Source of the DNA: Candidatus Sungiibacteriota bacterium
GTDB taxonomy: Bacteria > Patescibacteriota > Minisyncoccia > Sungbacterales > HO2-52-23
Direction: 5' to 3'
Assembly (NCBI GenBank): GCA_016180435.1
Contig: JACPBG010000001.1
Span: 216,006-280,005 of the forward strand
DNA length: 64,000 nt
A model generated the notes under the pieces. The model was not told where the DNA came from. It made no database searches and was given only the letters and a program-made list of their open reading frames with translations. Positions within the stretch are counted from its first letter, which is position 1, and each line of letters opens with the position of its first letter. Made by a program: the position numbers and the translations under genes. Positions 16,707 to 26,020 of the stretch are shown here, piece after piece.

Positions 16707-19481
16707 CTAGATTTTGCCGTGGCAATGCTTATACTTCTTTGGGCGGCCGTCAGAATGGGCCGCTCCGCACGGGCAGGGGTCATTGCGACTTGGTTCTTTT
16801 TGGCCTTTTAATTTAATAGAAGCTCCCATTTTTCCCGAAGAAGATTCTTCGCCCGGTTTAAATTGACTTACCGCAATATCCGGCCGGCGCTCCTCAACCC
16901 GGCGGGGATTTTCTCCGGCCATAGATATGGCGCCGACTTTAAAAATGGTGTGAACTATTTCACTGCGAATCGCGGCCTGCAGCTGCCGAAAAAGCCGCAC
17001 GCCCTCATTTTTATATTCCACTAATGGATCGCGCTGTCCGTAGGCGCGCAGGCGTACCGAATCGCGCAAATGCTCCATTTGATCAAGCTGATCCATCCAT
17101 AAAACATCAATGGTGCGAAGCATCACGGCGCGCTCGGAAGAGCGCATCTGCTCATCTCCCACGGCCTTTTCATGCTCTTCATATTTTGACTCCAAAACAT
17201 CAAATATAAAAGTGCCTATCTTATTGCGCTTCTCATCGCCGTATAATTCCTCGCCCGCAATTTCACGGAGTTTATGATGCATATCATCGGAAATCGACGC
17301 AATACTTTTTACTCCCTCGAATATTTCTTCAAGATTCCAATCGTCAATCCGATCGGCTGATGCATGAAATTCCACTAATTTTGAAACTTCTTCCTTAATC
17401 ATATCAAAAATCCTTTCGCGTAAGGTAACTTTCTCGACTTCGCTCGAAGAATAATTATCTAAGTTACCATTTGGGATTTGGGATTTGGGATTTGGGATTT
17501 CCGAAAAGAGAATATCTTTTCGGAGGCGGTATATTGAGTCCCTCTGCCTATTCAGCACATCATCAAACTCCAGCACGTGCTTTCGCGCATCAAAATGAAA
17601 CCCCTCGATTTTTTCCTGCGCGGCTTCAATAGCGCGCGATACCATGCGGTTTTCAATTGGCTGATCTTCAGGGATACCGAGAGTTTCCATCATGCGCCTC
17701 ACCCTCTCTGCCCCGAATATCCGCATCAAATCGTCTTCCATAGATACGAAAAACTGCGACTCGCCCGAATCGCCTTGCCGTCCGGCGCGTCCGCGCAACT
17801 GATTATCGATCCGGCGCGCCTCATGCCGCTCGGTGCCGATCACGCATAACCCCCCCAACCCGCGGACAATATCAGCTTCTTTCTGATCCTGCGGATTTCC
17901 TCCAAGAATTATGTCAACGCCTCGTCCGGCCATGTTGGTTGCAATTGTAACAGCACCAGCTCTGCCGGCTTGCGCGATGATCAATGCCTCGCGCTCGTGA
18001 TTTTTGGCGTTTAATACCTCATGCGGCACGCCTTCAACCTCAAGCATTTTGACCAGGCGTTCATTTTTTTCGATGGACACGGTGCCAACAAGCACCGGCT
18101 GACCTCTGCCATATCTTTCTTTTACTTCGCGTACAACTGCCTGCATTTTCCCCCGCTCGGTGCGAAATACCAAATCAGGCAAATCGCGGCGCACCATGGG
18201 GCGATGCGTGGGAACGGATATCACGTCAAGGTTATAGACCTTATGAAATTCCTCGGCCGAGGTTTGCGCGGTTCCGGTCATGCCCCCGAGTTTTTTATAC
18301 ATGCGGAAATAATTTTGAAACGTAATAGTGGCAAGGGTCCGCGATTCCTGTTCAACCCGCACGCCTTCTTTGGCCTCCACCGCCTGATGCAATCCCTCCG
18401 ACCAACGGCGCCCGGGCATAAGGCGCCCGGTAAACTCATCCACAATTGTCACTTTGCCGTCCTTTACCACATAATCGCGATCACGCGTAAATAAGGCTTG
18501 CGCCCGCAAGGCCTGTTCCAGATGATGCACAAAACGAATTCCTTTTTCCTCATAAATATTTCCGATGCCAAGCATTTGCTCAACTTTATCAATACCCGCC
18601 TCGGTGATGGATACGGCGCGCAGTTTTTCATCCACATTGTAATCAATATTTTCTTTCAGGCGCGGTACGATTTTTGAAAATACGCGGTAAAGTTCGGCGG
18701 ACTCTGCATCCGGCGCGGAAATTATCAAAGGAGTTCGCGCCTCATCAATTAAAATGGAATCCACCTCGTCAACTATGGCGTAATGATGGTGTTTTTGCCG
18801 AAGCGATTCGGGCGCATATTCTAAATTATCGCGCAAATAATCAAAGCCGAATTCGTTGTTGGTGCCGTAAGTTATGTCCGCGGCATAGGCTTCATGCCGC
18901 GCACAAGGCCGGAAATGCGAAAGGCGCGGATCATCATGACGCTGGATGTCTTGAAATTCCGGATCATAAATTCCGGAAAATTCATGGGCGATAACTCCGG
19001 TTGATACGCCCAGCGCGTGATACACCGGCCCCATCCAGCCCGCGCCAACCCGCGACAAATAATCATTCGGAGTAACCAAATGCGCGCCCCTGCCTTCAAG
19101 CGAATTCAAATAAAGCGGCAGGGTGGCCACCAGGGTTTTTCCCTCGCCGGTTTTCATCTCGGCAATTTTTCCCTCATGAAGCACAATTCCACCGGCTAAC
19201 TGCACATCAAAATGCCGCTGATTAAGTTTTCTCTTGGCAGCTTCCCGAACCGCGGCAAACGCCTCAGGAAGAATTTCTAACAGGGATCCGATCCCTGTTA
19301 CAGGGATCGGATCCCTGTTTATTCCTAGACGCCGCTTAAATTCAACCGTAAGATTTCTAAGTTCTTCATCTGAGAATTTTTCAAAATCTTTCTCCAATTC
19401 ATTGATCTCATCAACAATCGGCTGGAGAGATTTTATATAGCGTTCATTGGCATCCCCAAAAATTTTTCCCAAGATTGACAT
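16707..19481 (-). CDS. secA: Protein translocase subunit SecA
   Basis: 924 aa; DEAD-like motor (MKTGEGKTLVATLP, DEVDSILIDEARTPLIIS), C-terminal zinc-binding CPCG...HCHG; carries two unusual in-frame insertions (17470-17499; palindrome near 19270-19320). Confidence 0.95.
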   Translation of the reverse strand: MSILGKIFGDANERYIKSLQPIVDEINELEKDFEKFSDEELRNLTVEFKRRLGINRDPIPVTGIGSLLEILPEAFAAVREAAKRKLNQRHFDVQLAGGIVLHEGKIAEMKTGEGKTLVATLPLYLNSLEGRGAHLVTPNDYLSRVGAGWMGPVYHALGVSTGVIAHEFSGIYDPEFQDIQRHDDPRLSHFRPCARHEAYAADITYGTNNEFGFDYLRDNLEYAPESLRQKHHHYAIVDEVDSILIDEARTPLIISAPDAESAELYRVFSKIVPRLKENIDYNVDEKLRAVSITEAGIDKVEQMLGIGNIYEEKGIRFVHHLEQALRAQALFTRDRDYVVKDGKVTIVDEFTGRLMPGRRWSEGLHQAVEAKEGVRVEQESRTLATITFQNYFRMYKKLGGMTGTAQTSAEEFHKVYNLDVISVPTHRPMVRRDLPDLVFRTERGKMQAVVREVKERYGRGQPVLVGTVSIEKNERLVKMLEVEGVPHEVLNAKNHEREALIIAQAGRAGAVTIATNMAGRGVDIILGGNPQDQKEADIVRGLGGLCVIGTERHEARRIDNQLRGRAGRQGDSGESQFFVSMEDDLMRIFGAERVRRMMETLGIPEDQPIENRMVSRAIEAAQEKIEGFHFDARKHVLEFDDVLNRQRDSIYRLRKDILFSEIPNPKSQIPNGNLDNYSSSEVEKVTLRERIFDMIKEEVSKLVEFHASADRIDDWNLEEIFEGVKSIASISDDMHHKLREIAGEELYGDEKRNKIGTFIFDVLESKYEEHEKAVGDEQMRSSERAVMLRTIDVLWMDQLDQMEHLRDSVRLRAYGQRDPLVEYKNEGVRLFRQLQAAIRSEIVHTIFKVGAISMAGENPRRVEERRPDIAVSQFKPGEESSSGKMGASIKLKGQKEPSRNDPCPCGAAHSDGRPKKYKHCHGKI
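17470..17499. repeat. In-frame simple-sequence repeat (TTGGGAT/GGGATTT)x4 inside secA
   Basis: ttgggatttgggatttgggatttgggattt encodes IPNPKSQIPNG in SecA. Confidence 0.85.
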
Positions 19482-19535
19482 AACCGTTATTATACTGCTT
19501 TTTATCCAAAATAAAAAGGCCTGTCCAATGACAGG

Positions 19536-19775
19536 TCAACTTTTATCTCGACGAGCCCCTAAGAGCGACTTATATTTTTGGCGATAAACTTCACGGATTT
19601 GTTCCAAGAAAAAATCTTTTGGTTCAGATTCCAAGAAGTTATGGAATAGGATTAAATCCGCTTTACGAAGCGGGCGCAATGCTCTCCGAATTTCTGGAGC
19701 CCAAACTTTTTCTCTTATTTTTTTTAGAATCCGCTTTTTCCGACGGGACGACAAACGGGATACATGTTTTACCAC
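19536..19775 (-). CDS. Hypothetical small basic protein
   Basis: 79 aa, Lys/Arg-rich; followed on the minus strand by a hairpin plus T-run terminator (19500-19535). Confidence 0.3.
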   Translation of the reverse strand: MVKHVSRLSSRRKKRILKKIREKVWAPEIRRALRPLRKADLILFHNFLESEPKDFFLEQIREVYRQKYKSLLGARRDKS

Positions 19776-19966
19776 AAAATTATTCCTTTCGTTTTAATAT
19801 AATGAACTAAGTTCATACTATATAATTAAATTTTATTGTCAAAACTTGACTTGACCCGATAACCAAATTTTGCTATAAATTTAACGTGTTCCTTAAAAAC
19901 GACCGGCATGCTTTCTCCCGGTAGAAGCAGAAGGCGCGGATTCTCCCGAATAAAATCGGGATACAA

Positions 19967-20989
19967 ATGACAGCGAACTCCGCTGTAGAATGGAGAATTT
20001 TTATGTCAGAAGTGATGCTGCAGGTTCAACCCCGGCCGGAAGATATTCCGATGTTAAAGACCGACAGAAGTTTAGTCTGCCTAATTGATGCAAGCGGGCA
20101 TGTGCTTGCAAAACGCCTCGACAAAGAGAGCAGGAGGCGAGATATAGAAATAGAAATCTTTGCCCCCTTTACCTCGGCCATACTTGTACGCGGAATAGTA
20201 CAAGGCAGTGTTGTAGAATCTCTGCTTGAAAACGTCACAGAAATTGGAGAGAACCCAGCGACTTCACTAACCTCTCTCATCGTTCTCACCAAAAGACAGC
20301 GGGAGCGAATCAATGAAATTCTTGCGAGCTTAGACCGCGGTAAATTTCCGCTCAACACGCTTCATATCAAACAAACCTCGGAGTTGAATCAATATCAAAG
20401 ACGAACCGAGTTCTTTACAACAAAACCGCGCATAAAAATACCTGACTGCGACCGTACGGTAGAACTCAATTGGTTCACAGATCGTGATGCAGAGCTAAAA
20501 ACCAAACTCCTTGGCGCAAAAATAAAATACGAATGGCATGAGGGATCTTTTAAGATTGAGGACGTGCCTGATCATGACATATTATTGTCATATCGGGATA
20601 ACCAAAAACGGCCATTCTCGTATTATCCTTCAATGTTTAATGCAGGATTAATGAGTACTTACCGGTGGTATGAATCAGAAGATGCGGTTAATTCTGGCTT
20701 CCCATATATTCTGCCTTATGCCGTGGAGCCGCGGGATCGTTCGTTTGACATGCCAAAAACCGACGCATACAAACGAGGTATTATCCCCGCTACTCTGCGA
20801 GTGCTCTATGGCGAGTACGAACTCTTTGAGTATTTTGAGATAGATGATGCGCTGTTATTTCTTGAAGAGAAACGCGTAAACGCGTCCGGATCAGAACTAT
20901 ACTGGCACCTTGTCGTAATCTATAATTCGGAACTTCGGGAGAAAATTTCACGGGTTATATCAAATAACCGGCTATACGTAAAAAGATAA
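19967..20989 (+). CDS. Hypothetical protein (no recognisable domain)
   Basis: 340 aa ORF with own sigma70-like promoter (TTGACC-N17-TATAAA near 19845-19875) and terminator (20993-21014). Confidence 0.45.
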   Translation: MTANSAVEWRIFMSEVMLQVQPRPEDIPMLKTDRSLVCLIDASGHVLAKRLDKESRRRDIEIEIFAPFTSAILVRGIVQGSVVESLLENVTEIGENPATSLTSLIVLTKRQRERINEILASLDRGKFPLNTLHIKQTSELNQYQRRTEFFTTKPRIKIPDCDRTVELNWFTDRDAELKTKLLGAKIKYEWHEGSFKIEDVPDHDILLSYRDNQKRPFSYYPSMFNAGLMSTYRWYESEDAVNSGFPYILPYAVEPRDRSFDMPKTDAYKRGIIPATLRVLYGEYELFEYFEIDDALLFLEEKRVNASGSELYWHLVVIYNSELREKISRVISNNRLYVKR

Positions 20990-20992
20990 TAA

Positions 20993-21014
20993 GACGGCAC
21001 GAGCCGTCTATTTT
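20993..21014 (+). terminator. Rho-independent terminator
   Basis: gacggcacgagccgtc followed by tattttg. Confidence 0.6.
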
Positions 21015-21041
21015 GATACATCAAGAATTGAGTTTTTTGAT

Positions 21042-21081
21042 TTGTATCTAATTTTACGCTTAAGCGTAAAATTAGATACAA
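21042..21081. repeat. 40-bp perfect palindrome TTGTATCTAATTTTACGCTTAAGCGTAAAATTAGATACAA
   Basis: 19-bp perfect arms around a central TTAA (contains CTTAAG); lies between convergent genes but lacks a T-tract. Confidence 0.85.
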
Positions 21082-21093
21082 AATGAATTTACG

Positions 21094-21123
21094 AAAAATG
21101 AAACTCCACGGGCAAGCCCGTGG
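21094..21123 (-). terminator. Rho-independent terminator of arginine decarboxylase gene
   Basis: Minus-strand ccacgggcttgcccgtgg followed by agtttcattttt. Confidence 0.55.
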
Positions 21124-21174
21124 TCTTCTGGTGCGTGGATAAATTGACAAGAACGGTGCAATTTAATTTCCGTA

Positions 21175-21777
21175 CTATGACTGAATCGCAGGGGAAACGG
21201 CGCCACTCAGCATTCCGGATTGATCTTCGTAATCGGCAAACACGGCGGCGGCAAAGACCGTGGTCCATAGGCCGTCTTTATTACCAATAGCGGATTGAGT
21301 GATATTGGAAGTGCGTACGATTTTCTCGGACATTTTAAAAATTTGTTCCCTCTCATCCCAGGCGGTATCGGAATCAAATTCAATGCCCAAAGTGGTTGCC
21401 AACATGCTGGCAGCCAAATCCTCGGCATAATCCCCGGCTTTTTCTTCGGTCTCGCCAAAAGAATGATGCTCGGAAAGATAGCCGTGCTGATCCGGGTCCG
21501 CCGGAATCGCACAACCGACCGACGCGGCAACCAGGCGATTGGGCTCATTGCTTGATTCACGGTCATACACGCAAAAAACGATTTCCCCGGGTTTTAAAAG
21601 TTTCAATCCTTCTTCTTTGGAAACGCGCTTGGCTCCGGGCGGATAAATGCTGGAAACCAAAACCAAATTACAATACGCGATACCCGCATCGCGAAGCGCC
21701 AACTCAAAAGAAGCGAGCTTTTCTTTATGCACGCCCACGCCTTTGGTGAAAAATATTTTGGTGGGAACTAAGTTCAA
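21175..21777 (-). CDS. pdaD: Pyruvoyl-dependent arginine decarboxylase (PdaD family)
   Basis: 200 aa; N-terminal [37 protein letters not shown]; the NLVxVSSIxPP segment matches the PdaD Ser-Ser self-cleavage site. Confidence 0.65.
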   Translation of the reverse strand: MNLVPTKIFFTKGVGVHKEKLASFELALRDAGIAYCNLVLVSSIYPPGAKRVSKEEGLKLLKPGEIVFCVYDRESSNEPNRLVAASVGCAIPADPDQHGYLSEHHSFGETEEKAGDYAEDLAASMLATTLGIEFDSDTAWDEREQIFKMSEKIVRTSNITQSAIGNKDGLWTTVFAAAVFADYEDQSGMLSGAVSPAIQS

Positions 21778-21779
21778 AT

Positions 21780-22068
21780 TCGCTATAGCGGTTTTCGACC
21801 GCTACAATTTCAGACACGACTCGGTTGCTCCTGCGGCAACCTCGCTAAGGGTCGGCGCGGTTTTCCGCGCAAAGCGCGGATCCAAGCAAACCGCGCCTCC
21901 CATTGTCTGAAATTGCAACGGCCTCAACCGCCTGTATGCTCACCTTAGGGTTTTCTTATTGTATCCGCTTTCAGCGGACTCTCCCATTGCCTAAAATCAT
22001 GTGACTTTAGCCATCCGTATACTTACCTTAGGGTTTTCTTATGGTGGCCGCCTTTGGCGGCCAACTAA
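21780..22068. other. Structured GC-rich intergenic region with two ~40-bp tandem direct repeats (CCTTAGGGTTTTCTTAT + hairpin)
   Basis: Copies at ~21943-21985 and ~22025-22065; additional inverted pairs caatttcagaca/tgtctgaaattg and several GC hairpins; function unknown. Confidence 0.5.
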
Positions 22069-22485
22069 TTAGTTACCTTCATTTCTAATCCTACCTTTCC
22101 GATATCTACGGACAGAGCGAGCAAGATGCATTTCTTTTTTTATGCGGCGCGCGCCGCGGCGCTTCAGGGCCTGGCGTTTTCCCTTAAAATGCACCAATTC
22201 TCCCTCAATCTCGTCTTTTAGAAGATCAATTGCGGTTCGCGGATCTTGATCGTCCGCCACGGCCCGCAAAAGTTTACTGCCGATTCGCAGATTCACCTCG
22301 GCATGATACACCTTGCCTTTGCGGTGATGTTCGGTGGTTCGCGAAATTTCAATTTCCAGGATCGGCAAGTCCGATTCTGCCGCTTTTTTCATGCGTAGTT
22401 CCACCGGCCGGACGATTTTTTCTTCAGCGTAAATTCGCAGTGCCGGAGTTAAGACCAAATTTTTGGCATAAATTTTAAAACGCAT
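22069..22485 (-). CDS. hpf: Ribosome hibernation promoting factor / RaiA (S30AE family)
   Basis: 138 aa; MRFKIYAKNLVLTPALRIYAEEKI...LEIEISRT...GKVYHAEVNLRIGSKLLRAVADDQD typical of HPF/YfiA. Confidence 0.8.
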   Translation of the reverse strand: MRFKIYAKNLVLTPALRIYAEEKIVRPVELRMKKAAESDLPILEIEISRTTEHHRKGKVYHAEVNLRIGSKLLRAVADDQDPRTAIDLLKDEIEGELVHFKGKRQALKRRGARRIKKEMHLARSVRRYRKGRIRNEGN

Positions 22486-22497
22486 AATTTCTACTCA

Positions 22498-22536
22498 TTA
22501 TAAAGAAAAAAATCCGCAGAATCAACTGTGGATAAC
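22498..22536 (-). promoter_or_regulatory. Sigma70-like promoter of hpf with DnaA-box-like TTATCCACA overlapping the -35
   Basis: Minus strand: TTATCCACAGTTGATTctgcggatttttttcttTATAATgag (TTGATT-N17-TATAAT); the 18-mer TTATCCACAGTTGATTCT is also found at 11683-11700. Confidence 0.5.
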
Positions 22537-23055
22537 TTACTTAAAATTCTTCAAGTATACATAGAGGTCTTTGGCAACCCGCTTGGCATCATCTCCTATC
22601 ATATCCTTCACGAATTCATCGTAACTATAACTTGCCGCACTAAATTTTAGAGGATCAACCCTCTTTTCCATGTCCTCCATATAAACATGCGCGACAAACC
22701 CTATCTCTGGATTTGTAAAACCTTCTCGTGCGATAGTAAGCAGAACTGGCTTTTTGGTTTTTCGATGAACGGCATAACCTACTCCGAATGCATATGACGG
22801 CAACGGATCCAACACACGGAGCAAATCAAGTTCCTTACTCACTGCCACACGGAACTTCTCTCCTATGTCAACTGAATTTACATCCCATCCGCGAAGATCT
22901 TTATCCGAAGCATAAAATTCTCCAATGACTTGGCGACCCTCACTCCACCCATCTTCATATGCCGTGAGGCGCCCGATGAAAAAAGTTGCAACTGCCATAC
23001 ATAGCGCCAAAAGACCAATAACAACAGAGTAGTTACTTCGGCTATCCTGTTCCAT
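22537..23055 (-). CDS. Hypothetical membrane-anchored protein
   Basis: 172 aa; single N-terminal TM helix VVIGLLALCMAVATFFIG; no recognisable domain. Confidence 0.4.
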   Translation of the reverse strand: MEQDSRSNYSVVIGLLALCMAVATFFIGRLTAYEDGWSEGRQVIGEFYASDKDLRGWDVNSVDIGEKFRVAVSKELDLLRVLDPLPSYAFGVGYAVHRKTKKPVLLTIAREGFTNPEIGFVAHVYMEDMEKRVDPLKFSAASYSYDEFVKDMIGDDAKRVAKDLYVYLKNFK

Positions 23056-23335
23056 AATTTTCTCCTATTGAAAGAACGATCTCTGTATTTATATCAAATC
23101 CAGGAAGAAAAGCGAGGAATTCGTACTTCTTCCTTACGATCGTGGTACTAACACGTTAATTGAACCACTGTGCGCTGAAGCGCACAGATTCACGACTTAC
23201 CGCCAAGTCCCAGGATACGAACATTAAGTCTATCCGCAAACGTAAAGCGACCGCTATATATTTGCAGATAAATTATGCACCTTAAAACTTTAATTCTAGC
23301 TGCGGTTACTCTAAAATTTTAACTTTGGTTTAACA

Positions 23336-24307
23336 TCAGAATCCGACATATTGAATTTCCTCCTCCAATATCACCCCAAATTTACGCATACAAGTGTCTT
23401 TTATTATAGAGATCAGGGTTAAGATATCCTCGGCTTTGGCATTGCCCGGATTTATTATAAAATTCGCGTGCTTCGGCGAAACCACGGCATTCCCGACACG
23501 CCAGCCTTTAAGCCCGGCCATTTCAATAAAAAATCCGGCAGAAATAAAACCCCGGCGGTTCTCAAAAACCCAGCTTGAATTTTCATGTTTTCTATGCCAC
23601 CACGGAATACGGTTACCCAATTTTTCCAAAATTTCTTCGGACAATGGGACTCCTTTGAATATGCTTCCGGCGGACGACTCGCCGATCGGCTGCTCGCCAA
23701 TGCGCTCCGCGCTTTTTTGCCTGATTACCTCTAAAAGCTCCGCGGTGCGCGCCGGATCTTCCTGTTTTAATTTTAAAACAGCGGAAAGTATAATCCACTC
23801 CGGATGTTTTTTAAAAATTGATTCTCTGTAACCAAATTGACACTCGCGAGCGTTTAGCGTAAAGCGTTTAGCGTTTAGAAAATCCAGCACTTCAACAGAT
23901 TCAATCACGTCTTTCATCTCGCCACCGAAACATCCGGCATTTCCGCGCACTGCCCCGCCCGCCGTTCCCGGCACCCCCGTCCCCCATTCAAGTCCCGAGA
24001 GTCCGGCTTTGGCGGTTTCTATAGCCAGACGCGGCATCATGATACCGGCATCAACAGTAACCTCCGGACCATTAATTCTAAGCTCTCCGCCGATAATATG
24101 AATGGCCAGGCCGTCAAATCCTTTGTCGCTCACCAAAATGTTGGATCCGGCGCCTAAAATAAAAATGGCCGCTTGATTTTTTGCGGCAAAATCAAGCGCC
24201 TCTTTCATTTCCTGTTCATTCCTTGCCTCGGCAAAAAATCGGGCAGGCCCCCCGATTTTATATACGGTATACGGCGCAAGAATAATATTATGCCGCAAGG
24301 CGATCAT
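23336..24307 (-). CDS. murB: UDP-N-acetylenolpyruvoylglucosamine reductase MurB
   Basis: FAD-binding N-terminal domain (YKIGGPARFF, ILGAGSNILVSD), C-terminal MurB domain; probable ATG at 24307 (track extends to 24376); in-frame GCGTTTAGCGT-type repeat at 23843-23868. Confidence 0.85.
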   Translation of the reverse strand: MIALRHNIILAPYTVYKIGGPARFFAEARNEQEMKEALDFAAKNQAAIFILGAGSNILVSDKGFDGLAIHIIGGELRINGPEVTVDAGIMMPRLAIETAKAGLSGLEWGTGVPGTAGGAVRGNAGCFGGEMKDVIESVEVLDFLNAKRFTLNARECQFGYRESIFKKHPEWIILSAVLKLKQEDPARTAELLEVIRQKSAERIGEQPIGESSAGSIFKGVPLSEEILEKLGNRIPWWHRKHENSSWVFENRRGFISAGFFIEMAGLKGWRVGNAVVSPKHANFIINPGNAKAEDILTLISIIKDTCMRKFGVILEEEIQYVGF

Positions 24308-24590
24308 GACTATTTTCTTTTCTCCTTTTTTCTTCAATTTTATCCCACATTTCTTTATCCTTGCGCGCCTTAACATCCTCCCATGACCCGCCGAGCGCCT
24401 CGAATTCTTTTTTTAATTGCTGAAACTCTTTGCCCATACGCAAAGATTCATTGATTCTGGCTGTATCTTCCATATTGCCAAATCCAAAATTAAGGCGTTT
24501 TTGGGCCAAAGATAATTCGGTCATCTTCTCTTCCAACACCGCACGACGGCGATTTTCCAAGTCCTTATTTTTTTCAAGTGACTCATTCAT
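24288..24590 (-). CDS. Hypothetical coiled-coil protein
   Basis: 100 aa, Lys/Glu-rich ORF immediately upstream of murB; no domain recognised. Confidence 0.3.
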   Translation of the reverse strand: MNESLEKNKDLENRRRAVLEEKMTELSLAQKRLNFGFGNMEDTARINESLRMGKEFQQLKKEFEALGGSWEDVKARKDKEMWDKIEEKRRKENSHDRLAA

Positions 24591-24599
24591 TTTATTTCA

Positions 24600-24860
24600 A
24601 AAGTCGAAATTTGGTGCGGGGTCCTAAGCTTGCCCTCCCACCTTTTAATTCCTAGAAGGGCCATGAAGGGTTTAACTCCAACTCATTTGTCCTAAGTGAG
24701 TGCCTGCTTCATGGCCCACCTAGAAAAAGGTGGGAGGGTGAAAGTGCCTGCCTCTAACGCCATGAGAATTGTCAAAATTAAGTGGGGGATAAATGAGTGC
24801 CTACCTGATACCCCACCACAAAAATGTAGGGGACTGATGTTCTATATTCTATACTATACC
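24600..24860. other. Structured intergenic region: nested ~100-bp palindrome plus three AGTGCCTRC motifs
   Basis: Outer arms ccctcccacctttt / aaaaggtgggaggg (24643-24739), inner arms gggccatgaag / cttcatggccc; gtgcctgc repeated at ~24706, 24743, 24797. Confidence 0.5.
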
Positions 24861-24865
24861 AAATT

Positions 24866-24890
24866 AAAAAGGCGTTGCAACTTGCACGCC
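24866..24890 (-). terminator. Rho-independent terminator of aminopeptidase gene
   Basis: Minus-strand ggcgtgcaagttgcaacgcc followed by tttttaattt. Confidence 0.55.
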
Positions 24891-26020
24891 CTACGGAATA
24901 ATAATATCTTTGAGCTGCTTCGGATATTTGGTTAAATTCCAACAGCCGGTTTTAGTGACTTGCACCAAATCCTCAGTACGAACGCCGAGTTTATTTCCAG
25001 GATCATACAATCCTGGTTCTACCGACGTCACCAGGCCATTTTTTAGGATATAGGATCCTTCATTAATCCGCGCCGGCGGCTCGTGGCATAAAAGTCCAAG
25101 CCCATGGCCGGTGCCGTGGATAAACCCTCGACCCTTAACAAGATCAGTTTTAAAACCCGCTTTCGCAAACAATTCCTCAATCGCAACATGAATATCTTTC
25201 CCATCCACTCCGGCGCGAATCATCCCAATGCCTTTTTCTTGACCGGCAAGTACTGCCTCATACATCTTTACAAAAAGCGTAGGCGGATCGCCTTTACAAA
25301 ACGTCCGCGTCATATCAGAAAAATAACCGGTTTTTCGCGAATAAGGATAGATATCGAATATGATTGAAGTATTAGCACGAAGCGGTCCTACACCCACATG
25401 ATGCGGAATCGCAGATTGGGCGCCAGAAGAAACAATTGTGTCATAAGATGCGCAGCCGCGACGGAAAAGCTCAAGCTCAATGAATGAACGCAATCCTTCG
25501 GATGTAAGCGTCTTACCTTTCTCCATGATGAAACCATTTTTTATCGAGGCGCGGCGAAGGCGCTTTTGCACCAAATCCAGCACATCCTCCATATGATTTT
25601 GTACTTCAGTAATATGGCTGATTTCTTTTTCGGTCTTTACAATACGATTTTCATACCACGGCAACTGGCCAATTCGTATCTTTATCCCGGATTTACGCAA
25701 ACGATCCACAACTTCAATCGGAGTAAACGGGTGAACTTCTAAAGCGGTTAGGCCGCGTTTTTCAAGCAAATATTTTACCCGACTTTCTTGAAATAGGACT
25801 CCGCGTTAAGAACTTGGCAATTTTTGGCCTCAAGCTTCGCACGCGTAAATTCCAAAGATCCGACAAGCAAGAACCTATCCCATCGTCCGTTTTCGCGCGC
25901 AAACTCTAGAAAAAAATGCGGATCCGGAAGCGGCATCCGAACCAGCCAAAAAAGATCCATATTAATGGTTTCGGCCATATAGGTTGCGCCGTATATGAGA
26001 CGTGCTCGTTTTATAGACAT
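24891..26020 (-). pseudogene. Xaa-Pro aminopeptidase (M24B) interrupted by a +/-1 frameshift near 25769-25777
   Basis: Creatinase-like N-terminal domain in ORF 25775-26020 and the rest plus M24 catalytic domain (HGTGHGLGL) in ORF 24891-25769 lie in different frames 5 nt apart; could be a genuine frameshift or a sequencing error. Confidence 0.6.

Noticed and set aside
21780-22068. Guanidine-I (ykkC) riboswitch or RNase P/tmRNA/SRP RNA in the GC-rich structured region
   Set aside because: UAGGGUUUUC resembles part of ykkC but lies on the strand antisense to pdaD; no RNase P P4 (AAGUCCGG), tmRNA tag/TpsiC-ACCA or SRP domain IV motifs found on either strand
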